Notes: generated by a model not told the origin, from the sequence alone. Positions 17,829 through 26,414 are shown, numbered from the stretch's first letter. The stretch is DNA of 64,000 nt from an uncultured Ohtaekwangia sp. (GCA_964524935.1 CAZGFJ010000004.1:95463-159462); one strand, 5' to 3'. Program-made: numbers and translations.

Positions 17829-17898
17829 GTTCCACGTTTTGTTTCGTAGGACAGGACGCGGCCTCGGAATGGCACTGCAGAAACACAAACGTCAGCGG
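17829..17898 (+). repeat. weak attC-like site
   Basis: acgttttgtttc (17834-45) pairs with gaaacacaaacgt (17880-92) with one bulged base. The 3' core is GTCAGCGG (17891-98), whose exact complement CCGCTGAC occurs at 20235-42. The 5' core is poor. Confidence 0.3.
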
Positions 17899-17942
17899 TA
17901 ATACCACAAGCGACTTTCCAACTATCAACAGTCAGACAGAAA

Positions 17943-18662
17943 ATGAACGACACCGACACAAAACGACTTTCACGACTAATTGCAATTTTAACACAACTGC
18001 AAACAAAACGACTTTTGACGGCTCCGGATTTAGCGAACAAGTTTTCGGTTAGCACCCGAACCATTTACCGAGACATCAAAGCATTGGAACAAGCAGGCGT
18101 CCCCATTCTGACAGAAGACGGAAAAGGTTATACTTTAATGGATGGTTACAGAATGCCGCCAGTAATGTTTTCCGAAAGTGAGGCTAATGCTTTGATTACA
18201 GCCGAAAAATTGATTTTAAAAAACAAAGACGCATCTCTTGTAAAGGACTACACCGAAGCCATCACTAAAATCAAATCTGTATTACGAAGCCACACAAAAG
18301 ACAAGGCCAATTTGCTTTCTAATCGCATTAGATCAGGACAAAACACCGGCAGTACTCGTACAAGCAACAATTTATCGACCCTTCAATTAGCTTTGACAAA
18401 TTTTAAGGTTGTCAAAATAAAATATTATTCGCCAGAAAATAACCAAGCCACAGAAAGAACCGTAGAACCATTTGCCATTTACACTTCACAGGAAAATTGG
18501 TTGCTCATTGCGCTTTGCAGATTGAGAAATGACTACAGGGCATTTCGTTTAGATAGAATTGAAAGCTTGTTGGTGCAAAACCACACATTTGAACCTCATA
18601 AAATGACATTTGAGGAGTATTTTGACATTTGCAGAAAAAAATGTACACCACCCTTGACATAG
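17943..18662 (+). CDS. YafY-type HTH + WYL domain transcriptional regulator
   Basis: 'RLSRLIAILTQLQTKRLLTAPDLANKFSVSTRTIYRDIKALEQAGVPI' is the HTH and 'ERTVEPFAIY…WLLIALCRLRNDYRAFRLDRI' is the WYL domain. Confidence 0.8.
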   Translation: MNDTDTKRLSRLIAILTQLQTKRLLTAPDLANKFSVSTRTIYRDIKALEQAGVPILTEDGKGYTLMDGYRMPPVMFSESEANALITAEKLILKNKDASLVKDYTEAITKIKSVLRSHTKDKANLLSNRIRSGQNTGSTRTSNNLSTLQLALTNFKVVKIKYYSPENNQATERTVEPFAIYTSQENWLLIALCRLRNDYRAFRLDRIESLLVQNHTFEPHKMTFEEYFDICRKKCTPPLT

Positions 18663-18713
18663 GGCTGTCACAAGAGCATTCCAGTTTTGCAACCTAATCA
18701 ACATTAACTGATA

Positions 18714-19274
18714 ATGAACAACAACTTTCACAACTTAATTCTTCTTGCATTAATACTACCCTCATTCACAGCTCAATCTCAAATACAAAAAAATACATAT
18801 AAGACATTGAACACTCAAACTATTCAAAAATTCCACGTGATCGGAATTTCAACAAGAACAACGAATGAAAATGGACAATCTGTCAAAGACATCGAAGCAT
18901 TGTGGGGTACGTTTTGGGGCGAAGAAATTCAAAAACAAATTCCCAATAAAGTGAGTGATGAAATTTATGCAGTTTATACAAATTATGAAGCCGATTTCAC
19001 AAAGTCTTACACCACGATTTTAGGGTTACCAGTACGTTCGTTAGAAAATATTCCTAAGGGATTTGTTGGCATAACAATTGAAACTTCCACGTACCAAAAA
19101 TTTGTCTCCAAGGGTAAAATGCCAGACGCTGTTTTCAATACTTGGTTAGAAATATGGGGAAATAACGAACTAAACTTAAAACGAGCCTACAAAGCAGACT
19201 TTACTATTCACGGACAAAAGTATTATGATGGAGACAAAGCAGAAGTAGAAACTTTTATATCCGTAAAAGAATAA
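18714..19274 (+). CDS. GyrI-like small-molecule-binding domain protein with a signal peptide
   Basis: 'FHVIGISTRTTNENGQSVKDIEALWGTFW…YAVYTNYE…FNTWLEIW' follows the GyrI-like / AraC-effector-binding pattern. Confidence 0.7.
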   Translation: MNNNFHNLILLALILPSFTAQSQIQKNTYKTLNTQTIQKFHVIGISTRTTNENGQSVKDIEALWGTFWGEEIQKQIPNKVSDEIYAVYTNYEADFTKSYTTILGLPVRSLENIPKGFVGITIETSTYQKFVSKGKMPDAVFNTWLEIWGNNELNLKRAYKADFTIHGQKYYDGDKAEVETFISVKE

Positions 19275-19293
19275 ATTGATTGAAAAGCACATA

Positions 19294-19354
19294 CGCCTAA
19301 CAGTTTTGCAAAACCAGCCTGCCGCAGGCTCGCCAAGCCGAAAACCGTTAGCGG
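19294..19354 (+). repeat. attC-like recombination site (61 bp, canonical size)
   Basis: cGCCTAACagttttgc …agcctg-ccg-caggct… cgaaaaccGTTAGCGg. It has RYYYAAC/GTTRRRY cores, paired L boxes and a central hairpin, and starts 20 nt after the stop codon. Confidence 0.65.
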
Positions 19355-19415
19355 TCATTGTAAAACCATCCTACAACATCGAAAGACGATAGACAGAAAC
19401 AAAAACAATTTGAAA

Positions 19416-20225
19416 ATGAAAGTATTTATAATTGACGCATTTACAAACGAGGCATTTAAAGGCAATCCAGCAGGTGTTTGTTTATTGGAAAATGAAATTA
19501 GCGTTGAGACAATGCAAGCGATTGCCACTGAAATCAACCTGTCTGAAACTGCATTTTTAAAACAGAATAATAACTCCGATACCGACTATTCAGTTAGGTA
19601 TTTCACGCCAACTGTTGAAATAGATTTTTGCGGACACGCCACATTGGCATCTGCAAAACTAATTCTGCATCATTTGCAAAAGTCATCTGTGAATTTTACC
19701 ACTTTCCGTAATTTGAAGTTAAGTGCTACAAGCCAAGGTGAAGATATCAAAATGAAATTTCCAATTTATGAAACTATAAACTTTACGCCTACGAAAGAAC
19801 TATATGAAGTATTTGATATTAAAAGCCCCGTTGCAACAAAATTTGCAAAGGACTTAGAAATGTTAGTTGTTGAAGTTCAGGATAAAGAAACATTGTTAAA
19901 CATAAAGCCAGATTTTGTAAAAGCAATTCAAACTTCTGATAAAATAAAAGAATTAGTCGTTACTGCAAAGTCGAAAGACAAAGAATATGACTTTTATTCA
20001 CGTTGCTTTTGTCCTTGGATAGGAATAAACGAAGACCCGGTGACAGGTGCATCACATTCTGTTTTAGCTAAATATTGGAGTGAAATTTTAGGAAAGTCCG
20101 AAATGATTGCTTTTCAATCCTCGAAACGTGGTGGATTTATGAAATTGCAAATTCTTAGTGATACCGAACTTGTAGTTACAAGTAATGCTAAAATTATATT
20201 TGAAGGAAAAATGAATATCGAATAA
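19416..20225 (+). CDS. PhzF family isomerase
   Basis: 'MKVFIIDAFTNEAFKGNPAGVCLL…INLSETAFL…RYFTPTVEIDFCGHATLA…DPVTGASHSVLAKYW' matches PhzF. Confidence 0.85.
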   Translation: MKVFIIDAFTNEAFKGNPAGVCLLENEISVETMQAIATEINLSETAFLKQNNNSDTDYSVRYFTPTVEIDFCGHATLASAKLILHHLQKSSVNFTTFRNLKLSATSQGEDIKMKFPIYETINFTPTKELYEVFDIKSPVATKFAKDLEMLVVEVQDKETLLNIKPDFVKAIQTSDKIKELVVTAKSKDKEYDFYSRCFCPWIGINEDPVTGASHSVLAKYWSEILGKSEMIAFQSSKRGGFMKLQILSDTELVVTSNAKIIFEGKMNIE

Positions 20226-20307
20226 GCCAACGAACCGCTGACATGGTATTGCCAAAAGAGGTTCCTACAGTGCAACCTCGCTAACGAATTAAATTTTCCT
20301 GTTCGCA
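20225..20307 (+). repeat. possible attC-like site (poorly paired)
   Basis: AGCCAAC lies directly after the stop codon, and …CCGCTGAC matches the complement of the upstream GTTAGCGGTC at 8/10. There is a central hairpin gaggtt/aacctc and a GTTCGCA at 20301-07. The L boxes do not pair convincingly. Confidence 0.25.
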
Positions 20308-20435
20308 AAAGGCGATGATGTTTTGCTTCAGGCAGTTCAAGCCAAACAAAAATTAGTACATTGAAATTGGATAAACAGCAAAAGAAAGTGAGATTTATGA
20401 CAATTTGTTAGAATTAATTTGCCAACTGGTAATGT

Positions 20436-20987
20436 ATGGTCCAGAAAATGACACAACGAGCCAATTTTGCTCTTCAATTCCTCAGAGGCCTCTTGACAAT
20501 TTTGATACTCTTCTCACTAAATGTCGCATTTTGTCAAGCAACTTCCCGAAAGCTACCAGAACCATCACAAGATCAAATCAAAAAAAAGTCATCAGAAAAA
20601 GGATTAGCCTATCTGGAAGGAAATTTTAAGAAAGAGGGAATTCGAGTAAATCTAAAAGAATCAATCGATTGCGTGGATGCAAACAAAAGCAACAACTGTG
20701 TCTGTGCGTGGCAGCAACATTTTGAAGGCGGAATTGAATATAGCTACAATGAATGTCGTGGTTCTGTAATCGAAACGACCATCACCTTCACGGATTATGA
20801 CTCGAAAGAGATTACTAAATTTGTAGACATTTTATTCAAGGCAGGCAGCAACGTCTGGAATCGTGAGAAAACCGAGTATAAACTAAAAACTGACTACGTA
20901 CCTAAAGAGGGAGACCTTACCTGCAACTATCAAATCAAACAACAAAATGGCAAAGTTGTACTAATCTGCATTTGCGCATGGTGGTGA
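20436..20987 (+). CDS. hypothetical secreted Cys-containing protein
   Basis: AT-rich ORF with a signal-like N-terminus (…LLTILILFSLNVAFCQA). No recognisable domain. Confidence 0.55.
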   Translation: MVQKMTQRANFALQFLRGLLTILILFSLNVAFCQATSRKLPEPSQDQIKKKSSEKGLAYLEGNFKKEGIRVNLKESIDCVDANKSNNCVCAWQQHFEGGIEYSYNECRGSVIETTITFTDYDSKEITKFVDILFKAGSNVWNREKTEYKLKTDYVPKEGDLTCNYQIKQQNGKVVLICICAWW

Positions 20988-21189
20988 CGTACTTGAGTTT
21001 CTTTAGCAATCAATCATTACTGAGCGACAAGAATTCCTGAACGCGTAGAGAGTCGGCAGCTGTAAATCAGTATGCGTGTTGAAAGCTAGATACCTGGAGA
21101 CACGATGATCAGAAATTCAGCGTTTCAAGGTTTAAAGTCTATCTTCGTCCAACGTTTGGTGTCAGACTAACCAAACACTTCCATCCCGC

Positions 21190-23608
21190 CTACTCATTCT
21201 TCAAATGCTGTACAGGGTTGACGAACATCGCCCGCAGTGTCTGCGAGGCGATGGTCACTCCGCCAAAGGCCAGCAGCACAGCCATGCTCGTGAGCACGAT
21301 GGACACGCTGAAAGAAGCGCGATAGGCAATCAGTTGCAACCACAGGTTATTGACGAAATACGCCAGCGGCACACCCAGCGCCACCGACATCGCCAACAAC
21401 CCGACAAACCCCTTCGACAGGAGCACAACGAGCGAGCCGTTGGACGAGCCCAGCACTTTGCGGATGGAAATTTCTTTGATGCGGGTTTCGGTGGTATATG
21501 TGGCCATGCCCAACAGCCCCAAACACGAAATGAATATCGCCAAAAAAGAGATGACTGCCAGCACCCGGGCAATGTCGCCAAAAATGATCTCATAAAACTG
21601 CTTCACTTCCGAATCCACCGGTTCAACGTCCGCCTTCAGGCCCGGATTCACCGCGGCCCACGCACCCTCGATTACGCGCGCCACTTCTGCATAGGTGCCG
21701 GTATAGGAAACTTGCAACAGGTTAAACTGGGCGCTGTCGTACACCAGCGCCATGGGCGAAATGGGCTGCGTCAGGTCGCGGTGGTTGTAGTCGGCCACCA
21801 CGCCCAAAATGGTTCGCTCGCTGGAGTCGCGTTCGATCAGCAGCGTCTGCCCCACGGCCTCCTGAGCGGATGCAAACCGAAAGTGGGTGACAGCCGTTTG
21901 GTTGATGACGACATAGTTTTGGGTGACGGCCGTTGCGCGGTCGGAGAAAAAACGCCCGGCCACCAGGGGCACGCCCATGTTCGTGAGGTAGTCTTCGTCA
22001 ACCAAAAAGTATCCCATGTTGCTCCACTCCGGATCGTCCAGTGCCCGCTTATACCCTTCGCCATACGAAGTGCCGGAGGCCGGCAGATGCGAAGCGGCCG
22101 CCACGTGTAACACATTCGCGTGCTTGAGCAGTTCTGTTTTCAGTACATCGGCCGGGGTGTCGTTCAACCGTATGGCTACGTTGTGCGTCATGTTGAATCC
22201 GTGGTCCTGCCGCAGAAAGATGTTGATCTGCCGGTGGAGCACCAATACCGAAAGGATGAAAAACAACGACAGTGTAAACTGCGACACCAGAAGCGCCTTG
22301 CGCAAGCCCAGGCGCGAGAACAGTTTTACGTTGTTCAGATTCTTCAACACCTTGATGGGCTGAAATCCCGACAGCACGGCTGCGGGAAACAAGCCTGCCA
22401 GCAGGCCCACGAGCACGGCAAAGGTGACAAACACCGCCAGCACGGTGGTGTTCATGGCCAGATCCCACCGGAAGATGCGCGCAAAGTTCAATTGCAAAAT
22501 CATCGGCTTCACCAACAGCAAAAGCACCATCGCAAAAAGCAGGGCCACAAATGCCAGCAACACCGATTCGCTCAAAAACTGACTTACCAGTTGCCAGCGT
22601 GCCGCACCTGTCACTTTGCGGATGCCGATCTCCCGCGCCCGCGTGAGCGAGCGGGCAATGGACAGGTTGGTAAAGTTGAAACACGAGGTGAGCAAGATAA
22701 CCAATGCCAGGCCACCCAGGAAGTACACAAAAAACCACGGCAGTACAGGGCCGATGGGGTTGTTGGTGAGCGGCCCGGGGGTGATCTCCATCAACGGTTG
22801 CAATCCAAACTTCATTTTATGTACCCCGGGGTTGTCAATGCTTGCGATGTGCCGCTCGAAAATCTGGTCGAGGTGGCGTTGGAGTTGATCGCGGGTTTGT
22901 TCAGGTTGGGTCAACACATAGGTCCACCCGTTCCAGTAGTTGGTCCATTGGCTGAGCACATCTTTGTTCGGTAAGCTGTTTACCGTGCTCATGCTGGCCA
23001 AGGCTTCAAACACCAGGTGCGACTTGTGATCGGTTTCTTTGACGATACCCGTCACCGTGTACGTGCCCAGGTCGCCCACTTTGATGGTTTGTCCAAGTGC
23101 ATTTCCGTTGGCAAAGTTTGTGTGCGGCCTGATGGGTGAGTACAACCGTGAAGGGTTGGATCAAGGCCGTGGCGGCATCGCCCGCCTCCAACTCATAGCC
23201 GAACACTTCCAGGACTTCCGGGTCGGCAAAAAAACCGGCCAGCGGAATGTTTACGTTTTGGTTTTCGAATTCCAGCCAGCCATTACCAAAACCGCGCATC
23301 AACCTCACCACGCGCTGCTGGCCGGTATAGGCTTCGAGCAATTCCTGGCGCAGGGTCAGGGGCGAGGTAGCGCTCGTTTGCCCAGTTGTCATTTGCCCGG
23401 TGCCATCCACATCGTGTGTGGTGATGCGATAAATACGGTGGCGGAGCGGATTGTGGCGATCGTAGGTGAGTTGGTCGGCCACCAGCATGATGATGCCCAT
23501 GCAAATGGACATCGCTACAGACAAGCCCAGGATGTTGATCGCTGAGAAAAATCGGTGGCGGAATAAGCTGCGATAAGCAGTTCGGAGGTAGTTTTTAAGC
23601 AACGTCAT
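21190..23608 (-). pseudogene. FtsX/MacB-type ABC transporter permease (about 800 aa) interrupted by a frameshift
   Basis: The N-terminal ORF (MTLLKNYLRTAYRSLFRHRFFSAINILGLSVAMS…TVVLTHQAAHKL) continues in another frame as FANGNALGQTIKVGDLGTYTVTG…. The shift falls at aaactttgcc, about 23113-23122. Two FtsX 4-TM modules are present. Confidence 0.75.
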
Positions 23609-23784
23609 GAACGGTGAAGTTTCGGTTTTGTGGACAAGCCTGCCGGGTGAGCAAAAAACAAGCCCGTGTGCTAATCGTGGGTTTGGACGCCAATAACCGA
23701 CAACAGGTTTCAGGGAGTGTTGAAAAATGAACACCACGTACACACCAGGCGAACAATGCGGGCAAGCCCGGTTGAAAATGATTT

Positions 23785-23814
23785 TTGCAAATTCTGGGCG
23801 TCTGGCTACCTTTG
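23785..23814 (+). promoter_or_regulatory. Bacteroidota-type promoter (TTG-N19-TACCTTTG) for tRNA-His
   Basis: TTG at 23785-87 and TAnnTTTG at 23807-14, 19-nt spacing, 12 nt upstream of the tRNA. Confidence 0.45.
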
Positions 23815-23825
23815 CCGTCCCAAAC

Positions 23826-23900
23826 GGTGAATGTAGCTCAGTTGGTTAGAGCACCAGATTGTGATTCTGGGGGTCGCGGGTTCAAGTCCCGTCTTTCACC
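23826..23900 (+). tRNA. tRNA-His: tRNA-His (anticodon GTG), with encoded G-1
   Basis: Cloverleaf read by eye: G-1, acceptor gtgaatg/ctttcac, D arm gctc…gagc, anticodon arm ccaga-ttGTGat-tctgg, T arm gcggg-ttcaagt-cccgt. No encoded CCA. Confidence 0.9.
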
Positions 23901-23908
23901 CTAAAAAA

Positions 23909-23933
23909 ACCCTGCCTGGCGCGGGGTTTTTTG
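23909..23933 (+). terminator. rho-independent terminator after tRNA-His
   Basis: Stem accctgc/gcggggt (one G·U pair), 5-nt loop, followed by TTTTTT. Confidence 0.55.
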
Positions 23934-24012
23934 TTTAAAGGGCCAATCTTCACAAAGCTCTTTAGTCATCGGCAAAAAAAGCGTACCTAGTCTGCGATTA
24001 ACCTCTACCTGT

Positions 24013-24864
24013 ATGGATCAGCAAATCATCAACCTGTTTGACGAATATACCCACGCTCCGCTTTCGCGCGATGAGTTCATCAAACGCTTGGCGAAGCTTA
24101 CCGGCAGTACGGCAGCCGCCCTGGCGCTGTTACCGCTGCTCGAAGTAAATTATGCCCACGCGGCCACCGTTCAGGACGACCGACTTTTGACCGAGCGCAT
24201 TTCCTACCCGGGAGACGGGTGCACGATGAATGCTTATGTTGCGCGGCCCAAGGAGAATAAAAAATACGGTGCCGTGATCGTCATTCATGAAAACCGCGGC
24301 CTGAACCCCCACATTGAAGACGTTACCAGACGCGCGGCTTTGGAAGGCTTTTTGGCCATCGCGCCCGATGCTCTTTCCGTAAAAGGCGGAACGCCCTCAG
24401 ATGCCGACACTGCGCGCGGCATGTTTCAGCAACTGGATGCCGCACAGAACCTGGCAAATTTTGTGAAGGCGCTTGACTACCTCAGTGCGCGGGCAGACTA
24501 CAAAGGCAAAGCCGGATGCATCGGGTTTTGCTGGGGCGGTGGCATGGCCAATGACCTGGCGGTGAATGCGCCTTCGCTCAAGGCAGCCATTGCGTTTTAT
24601 GGACGGCAGCCCAAAACGGAAGATGTAGCCAAGATCAAGGCCAGAGTTCAGTTGCATTATGCCGAAATGGACGAGCGCATCAACGCGGGCATAGGGGCCT
24701 ACGAAGAGGCGCTGAAGGCCGCCAAGGTCAGCTATCAGTTGTTTCACTATGCGGGGGCGCAGCATGCCTTTCACAACGATACGGCACCCACGCGCTACAA
24801 CGAAGCAGCAGCCAAACTGGCGTGGAGCCGCAGTATGGAGTTATTCCGGAAGGAGTTGAGCTAG
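24013..24864 (+). CDS. dienelactone hydrolase family protein
   Basis: 283 aa. 'AVIVIHENRGLNPHIEDVTRRAALEGFLAIAPD…GCIGFCWGG…HAFHND' matches the dienelactone hydrolase (DLH) family. Confidence 0.85.
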   Translation: MDQQIINLFDEYTHAPLSRDEFIKRLAKLTGSTAAALALLPLLEVNYAHAATVQDDRLLTERISYPGDGCTMNAYVARPKENKKYGAVIVIHENRGLNPHIEDVTRRAALEGFLAIAPDALSVKGGTPSDADTARGMFQQLDAAQNLANFVKALDYLSARADYKGKAGCIGFCWGGGMANDLAVNAPSLKAAIAFYGRQPKTEDVAKIKARVQLHYAEMDERINAGIGAYEEALKAAKVSYQLFHYAGAQHAFHNDTAPTRYNEAAAKLAWSRSMELFRKELS

Positions 24865-25355
24865 CGAGAGGCGGCCGGCCACTCGATCGCTGCCAGCAGA
24901 AACAGCACCCCTGCCTCCAGCACAAAGTAGGTCGCTCCCCAAGCGGTGGTGGTAGCGCGGAAATGGTAAACGACAATCAGAGCCGTCAAGCCGTACGTAA
25001 CATTGGCCACCGCTATCCACCGAAGCCGTGATTGCCACGCGGGGCGAAAATGATAATGCCAAAACGAGAACAAGGCCATGCTTACCGCTACAACGCTCAT
25101 CGCTTGCAGCAACCATCGCGGCAAACCGATCGCCTCTGCGAAAGGCACCAATATCCCACCGGTTACCAGTGCGGTGACGAGGGCACCCAGGCCATCGCAT
25201 AGAAAAAGCAGTCGGGGGGTTAGTTTGATGGAATAGCTGTTCGTGGCATCAAGGTACAACGCCAGTTGCAAATGCCCGTGGCTTGCTCGTACCTTTCCGC
25301 AATGAAAGTCGTACGTGCCACGCCCGAGCAAATCGCACAAGCGCGCAAAGCCCAT
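24861..25355 (-). CDS. small integral membrane protein
   Basis: Four hydrophobic helices. The true start is probably internal (e.g. TTG 25271), because the 5' end would overlap the plus-strand gene at 25302. Confidence 0.5.
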   Translation of the reverse strand: MGFARLCDLLGRGTYDFHCGKVRASHGHLQLALYLDATNSYSIKLTPRLLFLCDGLGALVTALVTGGILVPFAEAIGLPRWLLQAMSVVAVSMALFSFWHYHFRPAWQSRLRWIAVANVTYGLTALIVVYHFRATTTAWGATYFVLEAGVLFLLAAIEWPAASR

Positions 25356-25478
25356 TTCGAGTCGCTTTCAGGAGAACAACGCCTGCAGATTCTACGCACG
25401 TGGATGCAACGGCTGGAGAAACCGGGGTACGTCTACGAATTCAAGGGATTGAAAGTCAGAAGGAAATCAGCCCCATGA
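25302..25478 (+). CDS. small protein (58 aa), putative partner or antitoxin of the downstream nucleotidyltransferase
   Basis: MKVVRATPEQIAQARKAHFESLSGEQRLQILRTWMQRLEKPG…. Its TGA overlaps the next ATG (ATGA at 25475-78). Confidence 0.45.
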   Translation: MKVVRATPEQIAQARKAHFESLSGEQRLQILRTWMQRLEKPGYVYEFKGLKVRRKSAP

Positions 25479-25960
25479 GTTTATTTGGTCCGTTTCATCA
25501 CAAGTTGGTGGTAACCTTGCTAAAACAGAAGGTGGAATTCATCGTGATTGGTGGTTTTGCGGCTATTTATTATGGCGTAAGCCGAGGCACTGGCGACTTA
25601 GATTTGCTTATTGAACCCTCCGCTCAAAACGGTACTCGACTCATAAACGCCTTACGGGAAATCCAGTTGGACACCGGAGACCTGAAACCAGAAGAATTTG
25701 AAGAGCCCCTGTTTTTGGCGTTTGGGTTTGAACCCAATGCGGTTGATGTACTTACGTTTACCCCAGCTATCGACTATCCACAAGCTCGCGAAACCTCTAG
25801 GTTTGTCATCCTGGAAGGATATCAAATTCCCATCCTGAGTATTGATTTATTGATTCAGAATAAAAAGAATCTCAATAGGTCAGGCGCCAAGGCATTACTG
25901 GATGAGTATGACGTGCAGGAGCTCATGCGAATACGAAACCAAATGAGGACAGACGACTAG
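25475..25960 (+). CDS. minimal nucleotidyltransferase-fold protein
   Basis: 161 aa. 'VIGGFAAIYYGVSRGTGDLDLLIEP' fits the GGxA…RxTxDxD motif of Pol-beta-type / AbiEii-like NTases. Confidence 0.6.
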   Translation: MSLFGPFHHKLVVTLLKQKVEFIVIGGFAAIYYGVSRGTGDLDLLIEPSAQNGTRLINALREIQLDTGDLKPEEFEEPLFLAFGFEPNAVDVLTFTPAIDYPQARETSRFVILEGYQIPILSIDLLIQNKKNLNRSGAKALLDEYDVQELMRIRNQMRTDD

Positions 25961-26087
25961 CGATGGGTCAAGGGGATAAGCATGGACACTCGGCAGTGGT
26001 TTCTCATGGAAGCGGGTGTATTGTTGTCAGCGATTTTGATCGCCATCGCTACTTGCCAAGGCGGGGGCAATCCCGTATTTTTCCGGT

Positions 26088-26336
26088 ATGATTTCGTGGG
26101 ATGACTTGAAGGGCAGGCCGCTGCAACAAAAAATATCGATGCTGTATCAGCACGGCACCTTTGTGATGTCCATCCGCTACTATCGCTACAAAATCAATTT
26201 ATACCTCTTGGGCTCTACATACGTGGAGGTGTTTGTCAACCACAAATACGCCAGCATCGACAAGATCAGCCCGCTGGACGATCGGCACAGCCGCATGAAG
26301 TTCTATTCGGATCAGATCAAGTTGCCGATGTGGTAA
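26088..26336 (+). CDS. hypothetical protein
   Basis: 82-aa ORF with backbone-like GC and a protein-like sequence (…LYQHGTFVMSIRYYRYKINLYLLGSTYVEVFVNHKY…). Confidence 0.45.
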   Translation: MISWDDLKGRPLQQKISMLYQHGTFVMSIRYYRYKINLYLLGSTYVEVFVNHKYASIDKISPLDDRHSRMKFYSDQIKLPMW

Positions 26337-26414
26337 TTCTTACAATCCTAAAAACGATGTGACATTTACGAGTTCACGAGAGTTGGATCTGGTTTAACCG
26401 CAGAAATTGTTAGA

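Noticed and set aside
17552-18064. 170-aa minus-strand ORF
   Set aside because: It is Cys-rich, overlaps the LysR stop and the WYL-regulator start, and spans the repeat element.
21145-21176. tccaac-gtttggt-gtcagacta-accaaac as a final attC site of the array
   Set aside because: It has only a 7-bp stem and no GTT core on the 3' side. It is more simply a terminator hairpin between convergent genes.
21205-22974. 301-aa and 284-aa plus-strand ORFs and a 229-aa minus-strand ORF within the permease gene
   Set aside because: They overlap the FtsX permease frame, which has clear TM and FtsX motifs. Their sequences are His/Arg/Gln-rich and not protein-like.
26003-26125. 40-codon ORF (MDTRQWFLMEAGVLLSAILIAIATCQGGGNPVFFRYDFVG) upstream of 26088
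   Set aside because: It is too short to support, overlaps the next ORF start, and has only a single hydrophobic helix as evidence.
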